64,000 bases of DNA from Strigamia acuminata (lineage: Eukaryota). Numbering within the stretch: position 1 is the first letter of the stretch; every line of letters starts with the position of its first letter. The position numbers and the translations under genes are program-made. Below are positions 38,719 through 51,400 of this stretch, one piece after another. Location: positions 14,384,001 to 14,448,000 of the forward strand of contig OX442314.1 of NCBI GenBank assembly GCA_949358305.1. Direction: 5' to 3'. Under the pieces are notes generated by a model, which saw nothing but the letters and a program-made list of their open reading frames with translations, was not told the DNA's origin and did not search any database.

Positions 38719-41666
38719 TCATTCATTATCGCTGCTCCATGTTCTGTAATTCCGACATGCTCGATGCAAGCGATTACGAATTCGCTTAAACTGCACCCAA
38801 GCGGACACCTCATTCGACACATTTGTATCTCCGCTTTCCCTTTCTCCGTTCTCGCAGACGTTCGATGCAATCCCGCTATCCGGGGTACCCGTATCCGCAC
38901 TTTGCCCCTCACTAGTTTCAACCGGAGTTTCAGCATCGGACGCACCACTATCATTGCCGCGCAAAGTCCTACAAACTCCGCTCGAAGTCGTTGGTGTAGC
39001 GGAGGTGGATGGGTGTGAAACCGATTCGGAGTCGCCTTCCGATTTATCTGTAATGCAGTTTCTCGAGTCATCTTTTTGCTCCCTATTTAAATCCGAATCC
39101 GATTCCCAATCCGAATCTGACTCGGGAGTTTGCGATCTCCAATTTCGCACTTGTCGTTTTCGTTTAGGCGAACTCGTCTCATCATCGTCGTCGTCGTCAT
39201 CGTCGTCGTCGTCGTCTTCGTCCTCTTCTGACGATGATGATGACGATGATGTTTGCGTTTGACATCGCCTTTCACATTCAGATAAATCACTGTCGTTTTC
39301 CGTGGACGAATCCTCAACTGTCGCTCTTGATTGCGATTCTCCAGCTTGTGACGAACTCGCTCGAGGCTTGCATTTCGAACGACGCACTCTTTTCGATCTT
39401 CTGGGTTTCTGCTTCATTCGTTGACGTTTTTGTGCAATCAATTGTGAAATGCGATTGGTCGTTGAGTTTGAGTTTTGAGGCAAAACCTCCTCTTCCAATT
39501 CATTTATTGCATTTCTCTGCTCCTCGTTTCTATTTACATTGCTTATGGCACTCACGTATGCCACTGTCAGAGGACTTAATCCGCGCCCTTGGATCCCCAT
39601 TTCTCCTTCCGACGAAGTTGTGGAACTTGCGTCCGAAATGTCCACGTCTTCCGGACCGCCCAACAACCAAGGTTCTGCGTTGGCGCTGGAAAAACTTGCA
39701 TCCGAATTCCAACCCTCGATTTCTCGTTGTACAAGAGAATCAAAAAATGCCATCATTCGAGGATCTTCTAACGTAGATTTTTGACTGTAGTCGTGCGACA
39801 TCACTTGGCCGCTTTGGAGTATTAAACTGATGTATTCTTCGTGGGAATACACTTTGCGTTCTCTGTCTTCGTTCAAACAGCTTAACTGTAAACCACCAGT
39901 CGAATTTGGCACTGGGAAAGGACTCCACAGCTGAAAAAATGTAAACAATTCGATGATTCAATATCGATTTCATATTTAAATAAGTGACGTGTTTACATAC
40001 CTTCACGATTTTCTCAACGCCTGATGAAGCTAGCAAAAAGTTTGATGGATTAAACCGAACTTGATTAACGATTGACCGGTGACCTTTCAAAACCATATGG
40101 GCCTCATCCACCCAAGTTACTGAAACAAAAAATAAAGTTTGAAATAATACTACAATGGATGAATTTAATAAGGAATTTAAACCTCCAGATCCTTCATCGG
40201 GTATTTTCCACATGTAGAGATTAAAATCGTCAGATCCCGATAGGATAAACTGTGTATTACATAAATACAAATTTTAATACAAAAATTTAAATATAAAAAT
40301 ATATTTTTCTTTGTATATTTTAAATCATACCTGGTCCTTGTCACCAGCAAAACAACAACTTTTCATTGTGCAAGAATTATAATATTCTCGATGATCAAAC
40401 TGGCAGATGGGTTTGTTTGATTGAACGTTATATAAAACTGGCGGAAGACGACGTCGGAGAGCAAGAATTTTCGTTCCTGTGTTATTAAATCTAACACTCA
40501 TGCAGCTCTCTGATGGTACATTTGGACTTTCTTTCAAAAGACAACTATTTAAAAGAAAAGTAATTAAATATATAGACTTTTTTTTAAAAAAAGAAGAAAA
40601 AAAAATGAAGAGAAACATTTATTCGAGTTACCCTTTTTTAGGGGCTCTTATATCCCACAGAGAGATTCCTTCTTTTGAATTTGCAGTAGCTAAAAGGCGA
40701 GGTTCAACAGGATTATACATAACAGCGTGAAATGCAGACGTGTAGGCAGCGAGACAAAACGGTTCTGTGTAAAAATAAACACGCGAATTTATTAAACATT
40801 TATTTTTACAAATAACCTCTTAAGTCGTAACAGTTTACCAGTGCTACTAGGTTCTCTGATATCCCAAATCAAAATGCGTCCATCCTCGCAAGCACTTGCA
40901 AAAACATTATCATTCAAAGGATCAACTGACAAACCATAAACGGCCTCTTCGTGTAAAAACACGTCCAAAGTTCTTCCCCTATAAAATCAACAGAAAAATT
41001 GCAATATTTCGATATAAATAAATCTTTTGAAAAAAAAAATTGTGTAAACTTTTCGCCACAATTTATCTCACAATTCGAAGTCGTGCACAAGAACTTGTTC
41101 GTCGTTGCCTAAATAGAACCGATATAAAATAATTAATTCACTTTCAAACATCGTAAATGACAAACCATTGACTTACCTGCCGAAAATATTTTGGTTTTAT
41201 TATTATCAAATCCCAGACAAAAAATGTTACTGTTGTGTTCGCCTTTCATGCAAATCGGAGCATCTTTCCCTTGAAGTGCTTTCTCCACGTTCCAAGCCAA
41301 AACTCTCCTGTCATCACCTCCTATTAAATTCAATTAAAAATTTGTAAAAAATATTTAAAAAATTAAAAAAATTAAAAAAACATTTGGATGTCATTTAATC
41401 AAGCAATCTTCTAGAGTTAATCTTTCGAACAGTAAACTTATTACTCTTAAAAGTGATTTCATACCAGATACAAGCCATTCGCCATCAGTTGAGAATTCGA
41501 TAGCATTAACACAACCATAATGAGAATACAAGTCTTTTCGGTAGAGGTTACGAGCGCAGTACAGCCTGTCTTTCATCAAACTCACTCCCAAGTTATACGT
41601 CTCGTTGTACTCCCTATGTTTAATGTATTTTAAATAAGTCATAGATGGCAATCGTTGGACCGACAT
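38719..41666 (-). CDS. DCAF5: DDB1- and CUL4-associated factor 5 (WDR22), multi-exon
   Basis: NLYRKDLYSHYGCVNAIEFS, GGDDRRVLAW, GEHNSNIFCLGF, LALRRRLPPVLY, YYNSCTMKSCCFAGDKDQ, VLKGHRSIVNQVRFN, EDPRMMAFFDSLVQREIEGW; long acidic/Ser-rich tail. Confidence 0.94.
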
Positions 41667-41922
41667 GGCCTCAATCGTAGACAACAACGCACAGCCGAAC
41701 GACTGAACAAATCAGCTGGGCATTCAGTCTCTTACTAGTTATCACAATAATGTCATGCCAATCCCTTGACCAGGTGTCTCGCCGATCTGAAATTAAAACG
41801 GCTATAAATCGGGATTTTTTTATAAAATCTTTTAGGAAATAAATAGAAGTAAAATTAAAATACTATTTTTTTAAATTAACTGAAAAGGTTTTTTGTTTTG
41901 TAAGATTTTATTTTGGTTTTTC

Positions 41923-41936
41923 GTTACTATGGCAAT
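41923..41936. promoter_or_regulatory. RFX X-box upstream of DNAL1
   Basis: GTTACTATGGCAAT, 15 nt before the DNAL1 ATG. Confidence 0.65.
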
Positions 41937-41950
41937 ACACTCAAAACAAG

Positions 41951-42967
41951 ATGGTGGGTATTTTTAGCTGTTTGAATTTTTAGAATACGAATTAGTTGTT
42001 TTTGGTTTTAATTTCAGCCGACTACTTTGAAGGAAGCCTTTGCTAAATTGGTCATTTAATTTGAAAATTATTTTACAGGTTTTTTTCAATTATTGATCTT
42101 TATTTTTTTTACAATTAGGAAGAGAAGACTGGAATGAAAATTGGGGAAATGAAAGAAGTCAAATTGTATGGGCAATATCCACCAATTGAAAAGCTCGATG
42201 CAACGGTGGGCAATTGTACGGAATGCGAGTATGATTTAATATTAAATTGAATTGAAAAGTCGTTTTTTAAAATTTTTTTTATACTACCTTTTTGGTAGGA
42301 AATTAATGTTGTCAACCAATGCCATAGAAAAAATTACAGGCTTGAACGGATTGAGTAAATTCTTTATTTTCCTTTCACTTGCTGTTGAGTGTTGATTTAC
42401 ATTTTACCCTAAATACTTTTATTTTACTTAGGACAACTGAAAACGCTTTCTTTAGGCAGAAATTATATCAAGAGTTTCAGTGGATTAGTAACTATGAGTG
42501 AATAAATAAACAAATTATAGTAATGAACTTATTTAATTTCTTCCAGGAAGCTGTCGGTGAGACATTAGTTAATCTTTACATCTCCTATAATTTCATTGAG
42601 AAGTTGAAGGGAGTCAATGTCTTAAAAAAATTAGTGGTTCTTTACATGTCAAATAACAATGTTAAGGACTGGAATGAGTTTCAGCGTTTAGTACGAATAT
42701 AAAATAAAAACAATTTCATTTAATTTTACTAAATTACATATTTTTTGAGGCTGAACTTCCGAACTTGCTCGAATTGTTGTTTGTTGGAAATCCCTTGGAA
42801 GAAAAGGGAACCAATGAAGGAATATGGCGAGATGAAGTGCAAAAACGCCTTCCACGATTGCGTAAATTAGATGGTAGTGACTGACTCCTAAAATTCCGTT
42901 CTAAAAACATTAAAAACGTAATTAAATTTCAGGAGCACCGATTGTAAGAAATGAAGAAGAGGCTTGA
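41951..42967 (+). CDS. DNAL1: Dynein axonemal light chain 1 (LRR), multi-exon; largely missed by the ORF track
   Basis: ATG-only first exon (41951-41953), then [14 protein letters not shown]...[16 protein letters not shown]...[16 protein letters not shown]...[12 protein letters not shown]...EAVGETL...[13 protein letters not shown]...[12 protein letters not shown]...FVGNPLEE...[10 protein letters not shown]. Stop TGA 42965-42967. Confidence 0.93.
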
Positions 42968-45497
42968 GTTTTCACAATTTATGTACAATTATGCTGTTAA
43001 ATAAAGAGCATTTTCAGTTTTTACACACGTTTGTTAAAAAGTTTGTTGAAAAAAATTGAAATTAAATTTAGAATTATATTTTAATAGCATGAAAATTGAT
43101 AAATGTGTGCACTTTACATGTTATTTCAGTTCAGAATAATCTGACATTTTTTTAAAACTTGAATTTACTCAAAGTTGCATGTATACTATACATGAAATTT
43201 ATATACAACTGAAATATAGATTATCATGTTTTAAACTTTTAAACAGCAAAATAATTTTCATAAATATACAAATTTATACATTTAGATTAAAATTGTGATA
43301 AGCAAAATACTATACATGTGAGATCAACATTGTTTTCTATTTCACTATGTACCACAGGCCACTTATCACATGTGACAGCAGAATGTAACAAATATAGGCT
43401 GCACCATATTTCGAATTGTTAAAACAATTTAGAAAATCAAAACCAAAAATTTCTAAAACCCCGATTTTTTTTTTTAGAATGTCTTCCAATTAAAAGAAAA
43501 AATATATATATATCCGAGTGTCATTTGTCTTAAATGTCAATTATTTTCCACATCTTTACAATAATTTTACAGCGAGTGAAAAGTGATGCGATCATCACAA
43601 GGACGAATTAAAACCAATCAAAAAACAACACACATTGGCAAAAAGTTATTTTTTGGTTAAATTTTTATCTCTTTTGTACAACTAACATCGTGATAGATTA
43701 AAAAAAATTCATCAATGCAAATATAAAAACCCATTGTAGACAAATATATATAAAATTTTTTACAAATACAAAAACAAAAACGAAATAAAAACGAAATGCT
43801 GTTTATAGACCATCTAGTCTTGAGTAATTCCAGCAATTACTGAGCTTTTGAATTGAGACTGATGATTATATAATGTCAATATTTGTACCGATACAAAATC
43901 ATGACAAAAAAAGCTGTAGGCCACAAGAAAAAGATAGAAAATTTCTAACAAACTAAAATCAAAAACGAAAAACCTTAAATATAATTAAATTATCATTAAA
44001 ACGGATCCCCCATAAACAAATCGGGCGGGAAACAGATGGGAGGGCACGTTTCAAATGTATGTGTGTGCAATACTTAAGAAATGTATACTTTACAATGCAA
44101 AATGGGACGTGGTCACGTTTAAAATACAAGTTACGACACACAATTGAGCAAACATTGTGTACATATTTTAAAGTAATAACAATAATAACAATAATATAAT
44201 TTTCTAATTTAATTTTAACTTCGCATTGACTCTAAAGATTGTAAAACTGAATGAAAATTTGATCAATTTTTAAAAAATGAAAATGAATTTAAAATTGAAT
44301 AATTAGCAAGAAATACATTAATTTACACAACAAATTGTAAAAATTATGGTTGGTATGGTCACACGAAATCTATGAACACAATGGAAGGTTCGTTATAGTT
44401 TAACATGTTACTTTTTCGACACACCATCTACATGTACAAAAATAGTTATATTTTTGAACAGATGTCTGATCTGTCATGACACGATATTATTTATAATTTA
44501 TTATTTATACAGTCGGTATCAAAGAAATAATGATCAATAAAAATTATACAAACATGAATCTAAAAAGAAATTAATGCAATTAGGTTTACAAAAAACTTCA
44601 TTAAGGTGAATAAAATGATAAACGAGGTCAAAAACTAAGCCTAATTTCGCCAATGATCATTTTTGTCACTTTGGTCTTGCTATATATCGTTGAAAAAATC
44701 AATTTTTAAAAATATGTCAACAAAAAAATTTACCATTCCACTCAGGACGATAAAAATATGTCATCAGTTTCTACATTATTTGGCTATTTTAAATCTAAAT
44801 GATTAAACTAATAACTAATAAACAAGTGGTTAGTGGGAATACATTCCCAAGTCTAAGTGCTTATCCATTAGACTAGATAATGTCTCGTTTTTCCTTCCCT
44901 TATCCATTCCCCCTGAAACTGAGCAACATGAACAATCGTTAAAATATTAATTAATAATAATAAAATTACACTAGAATCAAAATCAAGAGCAAACTGTAAC
45001 AACTTTCTTTCATTTCATGTGCTGCTTTAACATCAAACCAATCAAACAAGTGGCAAAACTGCTCCGATTTGACCCGATTCCGATCTCACTTTCCTCTACA
45101 CCTATAAACAAGAAAATCAAGATTCCCCCAACATAACTACGATGCATTTTAAATACAACACTTAAAAGAAAAGCTTAAAATTTCTGTCAAGATTAAAAAC
45201 TTGAAATCGTAAACTTTTAAAAATCGTAATAAATTTAAGAAATGTATGTCCTACTCCACTATTAATATAACAATAAGACAATACTAACACAAATAATATT
45301 TCAATTCCAACATTTGCAATCACTCTTAACATTTCTTAATTCTTTCCTTTTGGTTTTAAAAACAACAAACCAATAAGAAGGCACAACGAAGTTTATATAA
45401 AAGAGCTGACTTCTAATTGCGTGGCTACAGCTGCGTGGAAGATTTCAATGCGACACACCCCAACCTTTTTTCCTTCTATCCAACAATGAGCTGTCCA

Positions 45498-48400
45498 TCA
45501 ATCGTATTTACTTGACCGCTTCTCAGGATCAATTTGTCTGTGGCTCTTCATGTGCGCACTTCGACTTTTAACTTTTGGAAACACTCTGCAATTTAAAAAC
45601 ACGTTACTAAAACGCAAACCCAATATTTATTGCAACTCTAAACTTACTTTCCACACACTTTACATGGAAACTCGCCGAGTACTTCAGTGGATGTAGTACT
45701 ACTGGTTGTCGAATTGGTTACAGGCGAGTATGCGCTTTTCATTATGTCAACACCTTCGGGACTGCAAGTAGGCCCATTTTGCTGTCTTCCACCGGTTGTT
45801 GTATTGCCTCCATGAATCCGTACATGGCCGTTTAAAGCCTGACGCGATACGAATGTCTGATTTAAAAAATATAATTAAATATCTAATATCTAATATTTAT
45901 TTTTTTTGTTTATTTACCGCAGAACATTCTGGATATTCACAAGAAAACTTATCACCAGTAGCTGGTGAATCTCTGCCCTAATTTAAAAAAATAATTATTA
46001 TATCATTTTGTTTATTTATTTTTATGTATTCCAATTAACTTACTGTAAAACTGATGGGGGATTCTGCATCGTACTTTGACTCAATTTGAGATTCATCTAT
46101 TTCTCCATCCGATGTACCTTTGGATCGTAGATTATACATTAAATTCTCTTGCTCTCTTTTCCGGCGTATTATCCGATGACGTTTATATTCTTCAGGGCAC
46201 ACTTTCTTCCATAAATAATAGAACTGCACACACTGTTTAACTGTTTTGTTATTCAACTAAAAAAATAAAATATATTTTAAAACAAAACGTTTTAGAAAAC
46301 TAATGACTCACCTCTTGAGCTATGGAAAAGAAATCCTTGTCACATTTATTTAAAGCCTGAGTATATCCATCAATATCTTCGGGAGTCCAACTATCACATT
46401 CTAAAATATTTTACAAAAAAATTTACATAAAACGACTGTACGGCAGCTCATTCATCCGAATTACCTGTAAAAGGATAAGTGAGCAAATGATGACCTTTTG
46501 GCAGTTTAGGTGAAGGATCCATCAACCTTAATAAAGCATCCTAAAAAATATTCCATCATTAACTTTACATCTATATTTAACTCAATTAATTTATTTACCT
46601 GTAAATTTCCGTTTGCCATATGCAACACGATCAATGCGTACTCTTTATTCCTCCCTCCGCCCGGTATAGCAGCGCAACAAGCAAATTCTAGATATGCCTC
46701 AACTAAAATTAAACAAAAAAATAAAATAAAATAAAAAATACTTCAAAAAACTCGTTTAATACCTTCTTCTTCACTCAAATTCGCTTCTACTTTTGGATCC
46801 CATACTAGATCCGATTTATCATCCTCATAAAACATATCCATTGATTTTCCTAAATTTAAAAAAATCAAATAAAAATCAAAGACACATAACACCAGACAAA
46901 CCTCTACTAATCGGCAGAACAGCCTGATATTGTGGTCCAATGTTGACATGCCTAAGCCAGAAAAAATATAATTACATAATCATAAATACATTTAAAAAAC
47001 AATTTTTCTCACGGTTGCACATCGCTTTCCGGTGGTTCAGTAATTTCATCGTCCTCGACTGTAAACCCTCCCTCGATCGAATTACCTTTCCAAAAATCAA
47101 AAAATCATTCTAACATTCTAACAACACGTTTACGATTCCCTTACCTCTGTGAGTAATACCAAACCTCGGAGTGATCGGCGCAGATTTTGGCGTTGCAGAA
47201 CCCGAACTTAAAATGTGCCAAAACAACCCAGACCCGTTCCTCACAGGACTGAGCATGGGTGGCGGCGTATAGGGAGGAGGACTTCCAGATTTCCCTTCCG
47301 AATTCGGATCCCACAGGCGAGGCGAGCGCAACTGGCTCGGAAAACGACTCATACTGGTATTGACGTGCGGTGGAATAAACAAGGGTTCAGGACGGTGTTT
47401 TTTCTTAGTGCGCATCGGGCTCGCGGGTATTATTGAAGGGTTAAGAAACACGTCGTCGTCATCTTCACGTTCCAAATGAATTTTTGGCACCATTATCGTG
47501 GCACTGGTTGATGAAGGGATGGAAAATAATGTATGTGTTTCGGGTGGAGGGACTGAACCGTCATTGTCAGGCGGATTTTGTAAAATCATTTCGTTCGTAA
47601 ACATAAAATCCACAGGACGATTTTGTGGCCATTGAGTAGAAGTGGGAGTCGTGGGTGAATTGGGAATGGAAACAGGCGTTGTTGGTTGAAGTAAGGGCGA
47701 ATGAAGAGGCGAATGTATCTGACAAGGACTATGAGGAAGAGATGGATTATGAATTAAGCTCGGTATGAAGCTTTCGCCGGGATCTGAACCAGTTCTTTGG
47801 GCTCTCTTTCCGGCAACTTTGCGTCGCAATATTTCGACCAAAGCACTGCTCGCGGGCGGTCGCTTCGGTGCTAAAAAGTGATCCGAATCTGAATGACGAC
47901 GAAATTTTTCAGGCGGTAATGGTTGTTGTGATAAAAGCTCTTCGCGGATGTTCATCATTAAATCCTCGTGGATGTTCAACGACAAACTCTCGTTCAAATC
48001 CATTGGTAATGATTCGGAAATAGAAGTCTCGTCCACCGTTGGAACAACTTGAAATTGATTTTGACCGTTATCTAATTCTAAAATAAAAAAAAATAAAAAA
48101 TTAGTTCATCAAATAAATGAGTTTAATTAATTAGTAAATCAACCTGAATAATTTGCTATCTGATAAACTTGCGGATTCGTAATGCGTTTTTGGATAATTT
48201 TCTCTTCTATCAACGCCCGAATATTCATACTGGCAGTCGTTAATGGTGGATTGTTACTGGAACTTTCCATTTTCTTTTCCGATTTCTTGCTTCCATCACT
48301 ATCCTACATTTCCGAGAAATTAATTAATCAAATAATTAAATTTTTATTTTTTATTTTCAATTTAATTAATTAATTACCCTTTTGAAATAACCACCGTGCA

Positions 48401-51400
48401 ATCTCATGTGCCCATTTAACGCCGGAACGTTTTTAAATTTCCGATGACACAAAGGACATTCAGCCGGTTTTGGTTCGGGCGCAAAAGTTGTTGGCGGTGG
48501 CACATTGTATGGCATTTGCCCTATCCAAGACCTCTGTTGAGGCTGAGAGGCAGTTTGGCTTTGTTGAGATAACGAGACTGGTAAAGGCTGCATTTGTGAT
48601 AGCTGCTGATGCGTCGGCATGATCAAATCCGTTTGCAACAGATGATTTGTCGTCTGCAAAGATCCCGTATGATTTCTTACAATCTGCGAGTTTTGTTCGT
48701 CCATATTAACTTGTGACAAAGTCATCCTCAATATTTGTCTATCGTTAATATTCAGCATGTTATTGTCAGAATGTTGTTGAGATCCAGACATGTGAATTGG
48801 ACTGCAGTTTGCATTTGAAGAAGTCGTCGTTTGAGGAATCAAATATCCTTCAGACTGTGAATTATGTGAAGGCTGGTCTTGAAAAACCTATCCGATAAAA
48901 TTAACATTTATAAATAAAATAATAAAATAATAAAATAATACACAACGTCTATCGTACTTGTTGGTTCACATAAGGCTGTTGTTGGTTCTGATGCGACTGT
49001 TGGTGAGACCAACTGAGCAATTCGTTGCTCACAGGCTGATGAAACGCCAAAATCTGTAATTGCTCGGCCGCAGTAGTTGTTGACGAATCGCTCGATGCAG
49101 TTAACGACGCGTTATTCGCATTGTGAACAGCATTCGAAGTGTTGTATGGCGATGGCGGAGCGTACTGGATTAAATTTGATATAGACCCTTTTGAAACAAA
49201 AGAACTGTTCGCATCCATTTTATTATCCGAAAATGATCCAATTCCACTAATGGCCATCGCTCCTCTCAACCCAGTTGTAGGAATTACAGTCACGCCCGAC
49301 ACTGGAACAGTAATGCACGTGCTAGACGGAGATGAATGGTGATTTTCCGTATGCCGCCGCAAGGAGCGTGCGTCGCAATAACTTTTGCCACAACCGTCTA
49401 CTTTACACTCGTAAGGCTTTTTCTTCCTGTGTGTAAGCATGTGGCCATTCCTACAAAAGAAAAACAAACAATTTAATATAATTTCCAAAAAAAAAATTGA
49501 ATTTTTCAAACAAAAACACTCACAAATGATCTTGGCGTTTAAATGCTTTGGAGCATAACTGACAAACGTATTTGCGCTCATCACTGTGAGTCAGTTTATG
49601 CTTAGCCAAAGCACTTGAATTGCTGAATACTTTGCCGCATTGGAAGCAGGTTTGAACCCCTTGTCGATTAGGCGAAGTCGATTTTGTAGGTTTGCCTTTC
49701 AGCCGAGCTTTATCTATGGAGAGCTGATTTAAATCAGAACTTTTGACCTCTTCATTATTACCTAAAGCAGTTTAGAAGACAGAGAGAAAAAGAGAGAAAA
49801 AGATGCAGACAACTAACAGATAAATCAAAAACAAAAAAAAAGCAAATGTTACGTCATTTAAAGTTATCAAAAGTGTGATTTAGGTAACTACGAGCAAATA
49901 TTAGACATTCACTGCTATAAAAAATGCAACTACGGTATCAGTATATTCAAAGGTTAGATGACTATAGCAACGGATTAAAACACCGTTATCAGATTAGTAA
50001 ACCGAGATAACAACATTATGAGTATTCAAAAAATTACTATGCACTTCTCATTTTCATATTTAAAAGCTTTAGATAACAAATTAGACATTTCGTACGTTCC
50101 GAACCGTGAACAGAGAGCATATTTACAGTTGTGTTCGCTTCTGTCCGTGACCCAGGTTAAGACCCCATTAAGGTGAGATTTTTCTTGAATTTCTAATGTG
50201 TGTCGAGTTCCTGGTGTTTATTTTTTGCGAAGGTTCGTTAGTTTCCGTAGCTTCGAGTAGAAAGCAGGAACTACTTGCTTTAGCGATTTCTTAGATCATG
50301 TTTATTTAGATATTGTAAATTGTTTGGGTGTGTCGAATCAATGACATTGAAAAAGAAATATCCATAAACCATTATCGTCCTGCTTCAACTCCGTCGCAGG
50401 CTTTTAGATCTTTAAATAAAAATGGGATCTTCAATATGCTCATGTTTATGCATGGAGCTTAGTTTTGCTATTATGAAACCACTAGTCTTTCCTTAGGTGC
50501 CCATAAACGAAGTTTTATGGGAGTTTCATGTAGCAAATTCCTTATAATTTGGATGTATTAAGTTGTGACTGGAACCTGATTTCGTAGGATCCCAGTCGTA
50601 ATTAAACCCGTCAGAAGTAAACCTTATTTACATTAGAAAATTATGAATGCATTAAAATTTTACTCGTGGCAATCAAAACGTAAATCATTTTAAGTTTAAT
50701 GACAGTTTGATATCATAAACTCAATGACGTTACAAAATGTCTATCGACAGGAGAAAATATGGTTTTGTATGTAACATCACGGCTCAAAATTTACCGGAGC
50801 AAATTATGGAAAATATTGTTCCGGTACGTCTCTGACTCTTAACCTTTGTGGCAGTCAGTACCCCCTTGACTTTTAAAAATAAAAAGGTTTAAATTATTTG
50901 TACACTAAAAATCCCTGACTTTTACACTAAATTTCTGAATATCACCACTATTTTCCCTTATTTCTACACAAAATCTGTGCTCGCACCCCTTACGGGAGGA
51001 AGATATAAACATTTTTCCCCCTTAATTTTTTACTGGTACAACTTAACCACTTTTCTACAGTGTGTCTAAATTAAATGTATAGGTACATATCTTAACAGCC
51101 CACATCTAACGATTAATATATATTTAATTTTGTTCAAAATATGTAGGCTTATACACTTTTTGAGGCACCCTGTATTGAACATTTTTTCTGAAGTACGAAA
51201 GTAATGTTTTTCTTGTAATTTTGTAATTGTACGAATTATTTATTTTAAATTTTTAAGTTGCGTTCTGGTTCATGAAATTTTACATTTCGAGTCCTACGTA
51301 ACATTATGCAGGTTGACATTTTATAAGAAAAAAAGCGAATAAAAAAAACTTTTTTGAATACCCAAAACGTTTTTAAAAAAAATAGAAAAAATAGAAAAAT

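Noticed and set aside
38661..39784. Several overlapping ORFs on both strands in the DCAF5 last exon
   Set aside because: Shadow frames of a GC-richer, low-complexity Asp/Ser coding tract; no recognisable domains.
45393..45500. 34 open codons after the TGA of the ELM2-SANT gene (possible readthrough)
   Set aside because: The stop context is UGA-U rather than the leaky UGA-C, the length is attainable by chance, and there is no comparative evidence.
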